Source: Thermoproteota archaeon (lineage in GTDB: Archaea; Korarchaeota; JAOZGF01; JAOZFZ01). From it: DNA of 64,000 nt. The notes under the pieces are model-generated. The model saw only the letters and a program-made list of their open reading frames with translations. It was not told where the DNA came from and ran no database searches. The DNA is taken from positions 64,001 through 128,000 of the forward strand of contig JAOZFT010000035.1 in the NCBI GenBank assembly GCA_027492035.1, in the 5' to 3' direction. Shown here piece after piece: positions 39,263 through 48,695 of the stretch. Each line of letters starts with the position of its first letter. Positions within the stretch are counted from its first letter, which is position 1. The position numbers and the translations under genes were made by a program.

Positions 39263-40312
39263 ATGTTCCCAAAAACAAGAAGAGGTGTTTCCGGTTACAT
39301 GAACAAGATTTTTCACTTGTTTCTCGCTTTAACTTTCTCTTTCCTTTTCTGCCTAAATTTACCCTTTTCACCAGTTCAGGGAATTAGTCAACATAAACCC
39401 TTAATTGTTACAACGATTCCTCCCCTTAAAGCAATAACAAAAGAAATTGTTGATGACCACTTCCAAGTTATAGCTCTTGTTTCCGCAGAAACAGATCCAC
39501 ACCAATACTCGCCAAAACCTTCAGATATTGAAATCGTTAGGAAAGCTGATGTTTTCATAAGTGTGGGTAAAGAGGAGTTTCTGGGTCAACTTCCCAAAGA
39601 AGGTAAACCTGGACAAGTTAGGCTTTCCTGGAAAGACTGGATAAAGTCAGGTGTTTACATTAAAAATGAAAACCCTCATTACATATGGCTCTACCCTAAA
39701 AACGCTGAAAAAATAGCTGAGAAAATAAAGGATACTTTATCTGAAAAATACCCAAACCTAACAAAAGAGATGGAGATAAATTTTGAGAAGTTTGTCTCTA
39801 AACTAAATCAATTAAAGATTCAAATCAAGGAACTGATTGAAAAAGCAAATGTTGGGAAAGAGCAAGTGGTTTTAGCAGCTCCTCATTTCGAGCCGTTAAT
39901 GGAATTTATGGGAATTAAAGTTTTAGACATTGTTATGAAAGGGGAAGGAAAAACTCCAAGTGTGAATGACATCGCTTCAATAGAGAAGGAAATGCTGAAA
40001 AAAAACGTTAAATCAATAATTGCCCTGTACACAATGAAAGAGGGAATTGAAGGAAAAATAAGTCAAAAAATAGCTAAAGATGTAAACGCGACAGTTATTT
40101 ACCTCTACGGTTTACCCATAAACCAAAATGACAGCTACACAGATTTCATCCTCTATGATGCCTCAATCTTAATAGGGAATCTTCAACAAGGACACTGCGT
40201 AAAAACAAGTCAGGGACCACCGGAGTACACCACAACTCTTCTAATTACAATTGTTTTCTTGGTTGTTTCGCTTCTGATTGAAACTTTTGTTCTGTTGAAA
40301 TTCAGAACCTAA
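39263..40312 (+). CDS. Mn/Zn ABC transporter substrate-binding protein with C-terminal TM anchor
   Basis: DPHQYSPKPSD, NPHYIWL, signal-like N-terminus, hydrophobic C-terminus; true start is possibly ATG 39299. Confidence 0.88.
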   Translation: MFPKTRRGVSGYMNKIFHLFLALTFSFLFCLNLPFSPVQGISQHKPLIVTTIPPLKAITKEIVDDHFQVIALVSAETDPHQYSPKPSDIEIVRKADVFISVGKEEFLGQLPKEGKPGQVRLSWKDWIKSGVYIKNENPHYIWLYPKNAEKIAEKIKDTLSEKYPNLTKEMEINFEKFVSKLNQLKIQIKELIEKANVGKEQVVLAAPHFEPLMEFMGIKVLDIVMKGEGKTPSVNDIASIEKEMLKKNVKSIIALYTMKEGIEGKISQKIAKDVNATVIYLYGLPINQNDSYTDFILYDASILIGNLQQGHCVKTSQGPPEYTTTLLITIVFLVVSLLIETFVLLKFRT

Positions 40313-40471
40313 ATTACCTACTTCTCCTCATTAAATCTTTCTATACTCCCTTTTTTAGCTAAGTATAAACCATATCTTTAAGAGTATATTTTTTTAAATA
40401 AATTAAACGTATGTTTTGGGAAAATAAATCTATCCTAAATAGGTTTCTTCTATTCTTTTGGTGAATTTCCC

Positions 40472-41476
40472 TTGATAGGGATGATTCTTTGTGGAGGTTT
40501 CGGTAAAAGATTCGGTTCAGTCACTAAAGAAACTCCAAAATCATTGTTGGAAATAAAAAAGGGTTACACCATTCTAGATAGGCAAATTTTCGATTTCTCC
40601 AGAGCAGATGTAAAAAAGGTTTACCTTTTAACAGGTTATTTAAGCAAGAAAATAGAGAAAAGATATGGAGACGGGTTTTTAGATGTTGAAATAAAATACA
40701 TAAAAGAGGATGAACCCCTAGGAACTCTTCATGCAATTAATTTAGGAATTAAAAATGTAAAAGAGGATGCAATAATAAGAAATGGAGATGTGATTGCTGA
40801 TTTTAACCTTAAAAGAATGATTCAGCAGAGCAGAAAATCTAATTTTCCTTTAACAATGTACATAACTAAAATGCCAAGCCCCTACGGCGTAATTGAGCTA
40901 GAAGGGGATAGAATTAAGTCTTTCAGGGAAAAACCATTACTTAACTACTACATAAACGCTGGAGTTTACTATGTTAAAAAAGAAGTTTTTCCCTTTTTCA
41001 GTAAATATAAGGAAGGAGACGTGGAAAAAACAATTTTTCCTTTATTAGCTGAAGAAGGGAAAATTGGTTTCTATGTAGAAAACAGTGTTTTTTGGAGAAG
41101 TATTGACACGTTTAAGGATTTAAACTTTGTAAGGGAAGAGTACAGGAACAGAACAGATAAACCTTGGGGTTACGAGAAATTACTCATTAAAACAGAACAT
41201 TACTTAATGAAGAAACTCTATATTATGGAAAATTATCAAACTTCTTTCCATTACCACAGGGAAAAGGATGAAGCAATGTTTGTACAGTCAGGAAAAGGCA
41301 CAGTAGTTTTTGAAAACAAAAAGAAAGAATTTAAAACAGGAGATGTAATAAGAATTAAACCCAACACTCCCCACTCAATCAACGCAAGTGAAAACACGAT
41401 TATTTTTGAGGTTTCAACTCCACATTTAGGGGACACAGTTAGAATAAAGGATTTTTACACTAGATTAAAACTTTAA
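40472..41476 (+). CDS. Sugar-phosphate nucleotidyltransferase with C-terminal cupin domain
   Basis: LCGGFGKRF..PK, EPLGT, NGD, INAGVY; KPWGYE..SFHYH..KDE..PH cupin. Confidence 0.88.
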   Translation: MIGMILCGGFGKRFGSVTKETPKSLLEIKKGYTILDRQIFDFSRADVKKVYLLTGYLSKKIEKRYGDGFLDVEIKYIKEDEPLGTLHAINLGIKNVKEDAIIRNGDVIADFNLKRMIQQSRKSNFPLTMYITKMPSPYGVIELEGDRIKSFREKPLLNYYINAGVYYVKKEVFPFFSKYKEGDVEKTIFPLLAEEGKIGFYVENSVFWRSIDTFKDLNFVREEYRNRTDKPWGYEKLLIKTEHYLMKKLYIMENYQTSFHYHREKDEAMFVQSGKGTVVFENKKKEFKTGDVIRIKPNTPHSINASENTIIFEVSTPHLGDTVRIKDFYTRLKL

Positions 41477-41524
41477 AATTACTCAAAAACTCCATATACA
41501 ATTAAAAAAACTTCCAGACATTTT

Positions 41525-41923
41525 ATGGTTTTAGGAGGGGGTAAACCATTGTGTGAAGACAAAGAACTTGAAATTTTAAAACAGAGAAAACTGCTTGAAC
41601 TTAAAAGGAAACTAGCTGGAAAAAACAGAGAAACAGAAAAGGGCAAGGCTGACCCTAAAAAAATACTTTATCGTTTCTTAACTCCAAAAGCTGCTGAAGT
41701 GCTTGAAGCTGCTGAAAAACAGTACCCTCAAGTAACTCCTCAAATCATTAATGCGCTTGCTGAAGCAGTCCTCACCGGAAGAATCAGAAAAGAAATAACG
41801 GGAGGTGAACTCCTCTGGTTCCTCAGGTATATAGGGTTAAATGTCAAAATAGAAACCAAAATAGCTTTCTTAGAAAGGGGGAAATTAAAAACAATAGGTG
41901 ATAAACTGAAGGAAAAAATGTGA
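41525..41923 (+). CDS. PDCD5-like double-stranded DNA-binding protein
   Basis: DKELEILKQRKLLEL, QYPQ, ITGGELL; probable start at TTG 41549 after GGAGG. Confidence 0.7.
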   Translation: MVLGGGKPLCEDKELEILKQRKLLELKRKLAGKNRETEKGKADPKKILYRFLTPKAAEVLEAAEKQYPQVTPQIINALAEAVLTGRIRKEITGGELLWFLRYIGLNVKIETKIAFLERGKLKTIGDKLKEKM

Positions 41924-42316
41924 ATAAACTCCTTTTTAGAAAGTTTCATTTAATTTTTCTTAAAAAAGTTTCAGCAATAAACTTCGTTCATTTTCCTTTT
42001 TCGGTGAAAAACTCTTCACTCTTCTGTTCGAGAAACATTTTCTAAGTTAAGCATTAAAAATTCCAAGGTTTCATCATTTTTTACGTACAGCCTTTATAAC
42101 TTTAAAAACACTAACTTCGCAGCTTCAATATTATACAAAGACATATTTAAAGAGGAAATAATAAACTAAAAAAAAGTAGTAGAGAATGGAAAAACAATCT
42201 TATGCGGGCCTATACAGGCTAAAACTTAACTTTTTGCATTTTAAAAAGCGGAAATATTTTTTAAAGATAATAAGAAGCACTTCGTTTTTAATAAATCAGG
42301 AAAGGAGGTGTACGTA

Positions 42317-43027
42317 ATGAAGTACAAAATAATTGGGGATAATTTGCAAGTTGTTATTTTAGAACTGAACCCAGGTGAGAGAGTAGTTGCAGAGGCTGGA
42401 GCATTAAATCATATGAGCGGTAACATCAAGCTTGATACAAAAGCTATTGGGGGAATAAAAACAGGTTTAAAAAGACTTTTTGTGCGTGAATCATTTTTTA
42501 TGACCGTTTTTGAAAGCATAGGAGGAACAGGTTTAGTTTCTTTTTGTGGGAACGTACCGGGAAAAATAATTCCTTTACAGTTAACTCTTGGTAAGGAATT
42601 TATTGTTCAGAAAGATGCTTTCCTTGTTTCACAAGATACAGTTAACTTAGACATCACCTTTATTAAGAAGTTAGGAGCTGCCTTTTTCGGCGGCGAAGGA
42701 CTAATACTGGAGAAATTATCAGGTAACGGATTAGTCTTTCTTCATGCTTGTGGAGACATGGTGGAGTATAACTTGAGGCCTGGAGAAATTTTGAAAGTTG
42801 AAACAGGGCACGTTGTAGGTTTTGATTCAACAGTGGATTATGACATTTCAAGAGTTGGAGGGTTGAAGTCTATGCTCTTTGCCGGTGAAGGGTTGTTCTT
42901 AACTACTTTAAAAGGGCCTGGAAGAGTTATTTTACAATCTCTCAATGTAGCTGATTTAGCTGCTGCTCTAAAGCCATTTCTTCCACGTGAAACCTCAGGT
43001 AAAGGGTTTTCAATAAACATAGGGTGA
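42317..43027 (+). CDS. TIGR00266/AIM24 family protein
   Basis: AEAGAL, QKDAFL, FGGEG, GEGLF, GPGRVILQS; GGAGGTG RBS precedes ATG 42317. Confidence 0.9.
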   Translation: MKYKIIGDNLQVVILELNPGERVVAEAGALNHMSGNIKLDTKAIGGIKTGLKRLFVRESFFMTVFESIGGTGLVSFCGNVPGKIIPLQLTLGKEFIVQKDAFLVSQDTVNLDITFIKKLGAAFFGGEGLILEKLSGNGLVFLHACGDMVEYNLRPGEILKVETGHVVGFDSTVDYDISRVGGLKSMLFAGEGLFLTTLKGPGRVILQSLNVADLAAALKPFLPRETSGKGFSINIG

Positions 43028-43302
43028 TTTTCCTGGGACTGAAAACTGTAATTTATCTCTTTTTAGCTGCTGCTTTAGCCATTGTTTTCATTACCTTCTT
43101 CAGAGAAATAATTCTTTTACTCGGTTTTGGCTTGATCACTTACTTTGCTGCAGTTATTCTAGTAACTATATTCATAGTATTTATTAAATTACTTATACTT
43201 CCTTTTTTCATTGCGAGAAAAAAGGACATGAAACCTAAACCTGGACTGTACAGTTTAGACATGGTTAAGGAACCCGGCAGAAAGAAAAAAGAAGAAAAAT
43301 AA
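43024..43302 (+). CDS. Small membrane protein (2 TM, basic tail)
   Basis: Hydrophobic segments; GTGA overlap with the upstream gene. Confidence 0.7.
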   Translation: MIFLGLKTVIYLFLAAALAIVFITFFREIILLLGFGLITYFAAVILVTIFIVFIKLLILPFFIARKKDMKPKPGLYSLDMVKEPGRKKKEEK

Positions 43303-43312
43303 AAAGTTCTTT

Positions 43313-44173
43313 CTATTCCCTTACCTTTTTCACTTCGGCCACGAATTCCTTAACCCGGTTTAAATCCACTTGATTTTCTGCAACTCCTCCCTTCTTTAAA
43401 TACGTTCCAACAATAACTCCGTCTATTCCTGCTTTAAAAAAATCTTTAATGTTTTCCTTTGTTGCACCGCTTCCCAATAACAAAGGAGTTTCTCCAGCGT
43501 ATTTCTTTGCTTCTTTAACCTTTGAAATGTCAGGAGCTTTACCTGTCATTTTTCCAGACACTATTAAAGCATCAGCCAAATAAAACTTGGTCCATTCTAT
43601 ATGCGTAGCTAAATCTATGCCTGGAAACATAACTGCATGTTTTTTTTGGACGTCTGCAAAAATTTTTATGTGTTCCGCCCCTAACTGCTTCCTCACCCTT
43701 AAAAGTTCAGCTGCACAGCCATGGTCGAATTCACCAGTATCCCATACTTGAGCCCCTGTTAAAAGACACACCCTTATAAACTGTGCACCTGCCGCTACAG
43801 CTATAGCTAAGCAGACTCTTCCTCCATTATGGACGACATTTATTCCAACTGGTACATCAGCGGTTTTGACAATTTCTCTTGCCGCTACAGCTTGTGCAGT
43901 CATCTCTTCAGGTGGTACATTTCTTCCAACAAAGTAAGGTAAGTCCCACATGTTCTCCACAATTAATCCATCAACACCTCCCTCTAAAAGGGTTTCAGCA
44001 TCTTTCAAGGCTGCATCAATTATTTTATCCATGCCATAGAAGTCGTATCCAGGTGAACCAGGTAAAGGTAGAAGATGAACCATGCCTATAACCGGCTTAG
44101 GTGTTTTGAAAAGCTCCTCTAAACTTTTCAGTTTCTTCTGGTTTAACTTAACTCTCCATTCTGGAAGAGACAT
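43313..44173 (-). CDS. BtpA/SgcQ family protein
   Basis: IGMVHLLPLPGSP, VENMWDLP, GINV, ADVQKKHA, IVGT. Confidence 0.92.
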   Translation of the reverse strand: MSLPEWRVKLNQKKLKSLEELFKTPKPVIGMVHLLPLPGSPGYDFYGMDKIIDAALKDAETLLEGGVDGLIVENMWDLPYFVGRNVPPEEMTAQAVAAREIVKTADVPVGINVVHNGGRVCLAIAVAAGAQFIRVCLLTGAQVWDTGEFDHGCAAELLRVRKQLGAEHIKIFADVQKKHAVMFPGIDLATHIEWTKFYLADALIVSGKMTGKAPDISKVKEAKKYAGETPLLLGSGATKENIKDFFKAGIDGVIVGTYLKKGGVAENQVDLNRVKEFVAEVKKVRE

Positions 44174-44426
44174 AAGGGAAACACCTCCATATCTCTTCTA
44201 TCTTCCAAACTACCTTATTATTTAAAACTTCCCTTTCAATCTAGAAAAGGAAAACGAGTTGGCAAAAATGTTTAACCACACCAAAAAATAAATGGAAATC
44301 ACTCGATGAATATCTATAAATTTTACACGCTGTTTCACTTACTTAGGTAGCAACACTTGTAAAAATTTCCCTTTACAATACCCTCCAGAAATGCAGAGAC
44401 CTAAAGTATTTCTTCAAAATATCTTT

Positions 44427-45191
44427 TTATTTAAAACCTTCAAGAAAAGCTTTAACGTTTTTACCTAGTACTGACTTGTTATACCCACCCTCTAAAGCTG
44501 CGTACCTCCTCCCTTTACCTTTGCTCTCTGAAAACTCCTTTATTAATTCTCCAATAACTTTATAATCCTCTGTTTTAAGTACGCCTCCCCAGTCCTTCTC
44601 ATGCCTGTCAAAACCTGCAGAAACAGCTACAATGTCTACTTTCCTCATTTCTTCTAAAAACCTAGTTAACTTCCTTATTGTTTCTTCACGGTCTTTATCA
44701 GGGACATGAAAATACTTAACTTCCGGTACTTGCTTAAAAATTGAATCTGTACCGTCTCCAAAATGTAAATCAAAATCTACTATTAAAGCATTTTTTATTT
44801 TGTTTTCTTTTCTAAGTTTCTCTATTGAAACTGCTATGTTGTTAAAGAAACAGAAACCCCAATTATAATTGGCACTTGCATGATGGCCAGGAGGCCTCAC
44901 TAAGGCAAAAACAGTTTCTCCATTTAAAGCCATGGTTGAAGCTTTAACTGTTCCACCTGCAGCTAAAACAGCTACTTCATAAAGTACTTCATCCTTTTTA
45001 ACTGAAGCTATGAGTTCCTTGGTGTGGACAAATTCAAGAAATTTTTCAGGTAGAGGTTCAGGTTCAACAAATTCAAACTCATCCTTCAAAACATTGTAAA
45101 TAGACTCCATTCTTCCAGGTTCAGCGGCAGGATCTGAAGCATATACAGTAAAAAATTTCTTGGAAAAAATAATTTTCAATTTATTCATCAC
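44427..45191 (-). CDS. Histone deacetylase family protein
   Basis: RPPGHHA, GFCFFNN, DFDLHFGDGT, SAGFD, LEGGY. Confidence 0.93.
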   Translation of the reverse strand: MMNKLKIIFSKKFFTVYASDPAAEPGRMESIYNVLKDEFEFVEPEPLPEKFLEFVHTKELIASVKKDEVLYEVAVLAAGGTVKASTMALNGETVFALVRPPGHHASANYNWGFCFFNNIAVSIEKLRKENKIKNALIVDFDLHFGDGTDSIFKQVPEVKYFHVPDKDREETIRKLTRFLEEMRKVDIVAVSAGFDRHEKDWGGVLKTEDYKVIGELIKEFSESKGKGRRYAALEGGYNKSVLGKNVKAFLEGFK

Positions 45192-45355
45192 CTTTCAATG
45201 AATCTTAGCATGTTATCTCCTTGACAGGTTTTTAAAGGCTATCAAGGAACCTGAAACTCTTTTATCTACTTGCTCACTGAAAATTTTAAAATATCTGTCA
45301 TAGGTTAAACTTTCCATATTAAACTTTTCAAAAACTACTGGGAGGTGTTTTTGTT

Positions 45356-45925
45356 ATGACTGTTATTTCAGGTAGCCAAGCTGAACTCGAAAACATTTTA
45401 CAAGTTGCTAAAGCAATGTGTGTAGCTGCTAGAACAGCTCCTAAAGCGAAAGGTGTAGACACCGTAATTACAGCCATAGTTTACGGTAATGATTTAACAA
45501 AGTTAGCAGACGAAATGGAAAAATACAGTGGAAAATGGAGTTTTTTCTCCAGGGATGCTAAGAATGTACGAAGCTCAGCAGCTGTAGTTCTCATAGGTAT
45601 TAAATCTAAAGGTCCCTCAGGCTTAGACTGTGGAGGCTGCGGCTGCAGTTCTTGTCAAGAGTTCAGTGACATGGAAAAGAATGAAGGATTAGCTTACACA
45701 GGTCCAAACTGTGTGTTTGACTTACTTAATCTCGGAATAGCTATTGGATCCTCCGTTAAAATAGCCAGTGACCACTGTGTAGATAACAGGGTAATGTTCT
45801 CTGTAGGTGCGGCTGCGAAAAAGGCAGGTTTAATTGAAGCAGATGTGGTTTTAGGAATTCCCCTGTCAGCCACAGGAAAAAGTATTTACTTCGACAGGGG
45901 AAGGGTAACAGCTCCCTCTCTTTAA
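45356..45925 (+). CDS. DUF2148 ferredoxin-like domain protein
   Basis: AARTAPKAKG, DCGGCGCSSC, LGIAIGS, VDNRVMFSVG, KSIYFDR. Confidence 0.88.
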   Translation: MTVISGSQAELENILQVAKAMCVAARTAPKAKGVDTVITAIVYGNDLTKLADEMEKYSGKWSFFSRDAKNVRSSAAVVLIGIKSKGPSGLDCGGCGCSSCQEFSDMEKNEGLAYTGPNCVFDLLNLGIAIGSSVKIASDHCVDNRVMFSVGAAAKKAGLIEADVVLGIPLSATGKSIYFDRGRVTAPSL

Positions 45926-45970
45926 AAACTCCTTTTTTAAACAGATTTCGATCTCCTTCAGCAAAAGAGG

Positions 45971-47044
45971 GTGCTACCTTTCAACAGTTTAAAAAATTTA
46001 AAGGAAGTAGGAATGACCACCCTTATTCTACTTGCAGGTGGTGAAAGCAAAAGGTTCCATGAACCTAATAAACCTAAAATTGACAAAGCCCTGCTTAAAG
46101 TAGGAAATAAAAGGTTTTTAGAGAGAATAATTGAAAATGTAGGCCGGGAAGTTGAAGAGATTATTGTGACGGTTAATACTGAAGAGAGGAAGAGACTATA
46201 TGAAAAGGTTTTATGGCACTTAAGCAGCAAATTTGAAATCAAAATTTTGAAAGATGCGAAATCTCAAATTAAAGGCCCGTTAAACGGAATAAGGACAGGT
46301 CTAGAGTATTCTGAAGGGTCGCTATGTTTAACTCTGCCTGTTGATGTACCCTTTATTAAACCTGAAGTTGTGAGGGAAATCTTAAAGGAAGCTGTTAAAT
46401 GGGAAACCACAACACTAATTTGGCCAAATGGGGGCATTGAACCCTTAATAGCGACTTATAAAAGGGAATATGCTGTGAAAGCATCTAAAATACTTTTATC
46501 TTTCAAAAGGTCAAGACCTGACGACTTAGTAAGGGCTGCGTCTGACACCTTCTTTTTAAACGTAAATGCTTTGAGGAAGTTTGATCCAGAACTAGAAAGT
46601 TTCAGAAACATAAATTCACTTAAAGACTTGATTAAGAAGGATGGAAGGAAATGGCAGGAAGGGGAACTAAAGAATTCGGTACTTATAAAAGCTGAAGAAA
46701 AAATTTTCCATGGGAGCCACTTGTTTAACAAGGAGGAACTAATTCTTTTAAACAACACTTTCTTCCCAGGTGAGAGAAAAAGAAACTTTTTCTGGGTTGG
46801 TTTAATTTCAAACTTTTTTGGTGAAAAAACCAAAAAGAGGGAAGTTGCAGAAGAATTTTTAAAAGAAGCTTATGAAGCATTTACTAAAGAAAGAATGCTC
46901 TATATAAATAAAAAAGTGTATTTTCTAGCTTTCCACTCAGGAATTGATGCGTCAAAGTGCTACATGAAAATTTTTCGGGGAGAAAAGAATAAAGAATTAG
47001 AGAGGGAAATAAGTTTTTTTGCAAGCAAATTCAAAAACATTTGA
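45971..47044 (+). CDS. mobA: Molybdenum cofactor guanylyltransferase with C-terminal extension
   Basis: LAGGESKRF..DKALL, GPLNGI, VDVPF, EPLIATY, FRNINS; true start is probably ATG 46013. Confidence 0.85.
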   Translation: MLPFNSLKNLKEVGMTTLILLAGGESKRFHEPNKPKIDKALLKVGNKRFLERIIENVGREVEEIIVTVNTEERKRLYEKVLWHLSSKFEIKILKDAKSQIKGPLNGIRTGLEYSEGSLCLTLPVDVPFIKPEVVREILKEAVKWETTTLIWPNGGIEPLIATYKREYAVKASKILLSFKRSRPDDLVRAASDTFFLNVNALRKFDPELESFRNINSLKDLIKKDGRKWQEGELKNSVLIKAEEKIFHGSHLFNKEELILLNNTFFPGERKRNFFWVGLISNFFGEKTKKREVAEEFLKEAYEAFTKERMLYINKKVYFLAFHSGIDASKCYMKIFRGEKNKELEREISFFASKFKNI

Positions 47045-47113
47045 GCCTTTTTCTTTACTTTGTCTAAAAAATTAACCTTAAAAACTAAAATTGTTTTTTT
47101 CGGTAACTAAAAA

Positions 47114-47419
47114 TTATCCCTCTGAATCCTTTAAAGTTAACTCCTTTATTTTTATTTTCCCCCCTTCCTCGTAGGCAAAAATGGGTTTACCATCTATTTC
47201 CGCTGCTTTTTTAACTAAAGAATTAATTTCGTTTCCTGATAAATAATTTCTTTTCTTGCAAGTCACTAACAATTTTTCATTTTTACTTAAAGCGACTAAG
47301 TCAGCCACTCCTTTACTGCCTGCACTTCTAACAACGAAATACCCCCTTTTTTCAAGAAAAGATTTAACTCTCCTTTCAAAATCTGCACCCTTCCTTTTAA
47401 GGTTCCTCCTACCATTCAT
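47114..47419 (-). CDS. hjc: Holliday junction resolvase Hjc-like
   Basis: KGADFER, GYFVVRSAGSKGVADLVA; VTCK in place of the usual E-x-K. Confidence 0.78.
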   Translation of the reverse strand: MNGRRNLKRKGADFERRVKSFLEKRGYFVVRSAGSKGVADLVALSKNEKLLVTCKKRNYLSGNEINSLVKKAAEIDGKPIFAYEEGGKIKIKELTLKDSEG

Positions 47420-47593
47420 TTCTACTCAACATTCTCCCCACAAACTTCATTATTCCTTTTTCTCAATAAAAATTTTTCAACGTCATTCTTTAAAAATTTT
47501 AAAACAAAGAAAAAAAATAAGGTAATGATGTAAAGGTTTAACAAATCAAAAATAAGCTTCTTTTCCAAAACCTTATCTAGGGGTAGCAATTCC

Positions 47594-48379
47594 ATGCTAA
47601 GGAATTTAATAATTTTTAAGATAGGTGGTTCAGTTATAACCTTTAAAGACAGTTTAAAACCTAAACCAAACCTAAAAAACATTAGATTATTGGCTGAAGA
47701 GATTTCCAGAGTTAAGGAAGGTTTAAATCTGGTGCTAGTTCACGGAGCAGGTTCATATGGACACCCAATAGTGCAGAAAACAGGGATACATAAAGGAATA
47801 AAGAATAAAGCTCAGCTTCTAGCTTTTGCTGAAACCCAAAAACTGCAGAATGAACTAAACCTTCTAGTGACAAAAAACCTAATAAAAAAGGGGTTGCCTG
47901 CCACCCCTTTTCAAGCTAATACTTGTGCAATACTTGAGAAGGGAAGGGTGAAAAGTTTCTTTTTGGAAACAATTAAGGGATTTCTGAAAATGCATTTAAT
48001 TCCGGTTCTTTACGGTGTACCAGCCTACGATGTCAATCAAGGATGCAGCATTCTCTCTGGTGACCAAATAGTTTCTTTTCTAGCACGAAAACTTGAACCT
48101 AAACTCCTTCTTTTCGGTGTAAACGTTGATGGGTTAATTGGAGAAAATTCACAAGTAATAAAGAAGGTAACTGATATTAAGCAAGTAATACATTACATAA
48201 GAAAAACCTCCTATCTAGACGTAACTGGTGGAATGGAAGGTAAATTGAAGGAAATTATTGATTTAAAAATAGAAACCAGAATTTTCAATGCAACAATTCC
48301 AGGAAACATAGAAAAGGCTTTGAAAGGGGAAGAAATAGGGACAACAATAAATCCATGTTCTACATTAATCAATAGTTGA
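47594..48379 (+). CDS. ipk: Isopentenyl phosphate kinase
   Basis: KIGGSVIT, HGAGSYGH (IPK His), ILSGD, DVTGGMEGK. Confidence 0.88.
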   Translation: MLRNLIIFKIGGSVITFKDSLKPKPNLKNIRLLAEEISRVKEGLNLVLVHGAGSYGHPIVQKTGIHKGIKNKAQLLAFAETQKLQNELNLLVTKNLIKKGLPATPFQANTCAILEKGRVKSFFLETIKGFLKMHLIPVLYGVPAYDVNQGCSILSGDQIVSFLARKLEPKLLLFGVNVDGLIGENSQVIKKVTDIKQVIHYIRKTSYLDVTGGMEGKLKEIIDLKIETRIFNATIPGNIEKALKGEEIGTTINPCSTLINS

Positions 48380-48695
48380 AAATTTTAACTTTCGGGAATT
48401 TATATTAATTGGTTGTATAGTCCATGGAAAAATATAAGAAAGGAAGAAGTGAACAATGAGACTTGGATGAAAGAGTAAAGGAAATATATAAAAAAAGTAA
48501 GGAAGTAATATTACATTACAGTACGCTTCTTCGTCCTTATTTGTCAAAGAAGACATGAATAAATCCATGTTGGGGGGACTAAAAAACGTACAGCAACTAC
48601 TATAAGTTCGGGAAAGATGATGGAGGTTTTAGAAAAAGGTCTAGAAATAGCTCTCAATTTTTTAGGAAAATTACCCTACTTTTGAGGTTTTTCCC

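Noticed and set aside
48380-48690. Coding-like purine-rich stretch upstream of the AEP gene, and the 67-aa antisense ORF
   Set aside because: The frames I translated were interrupted by stops and no family was recognisable.
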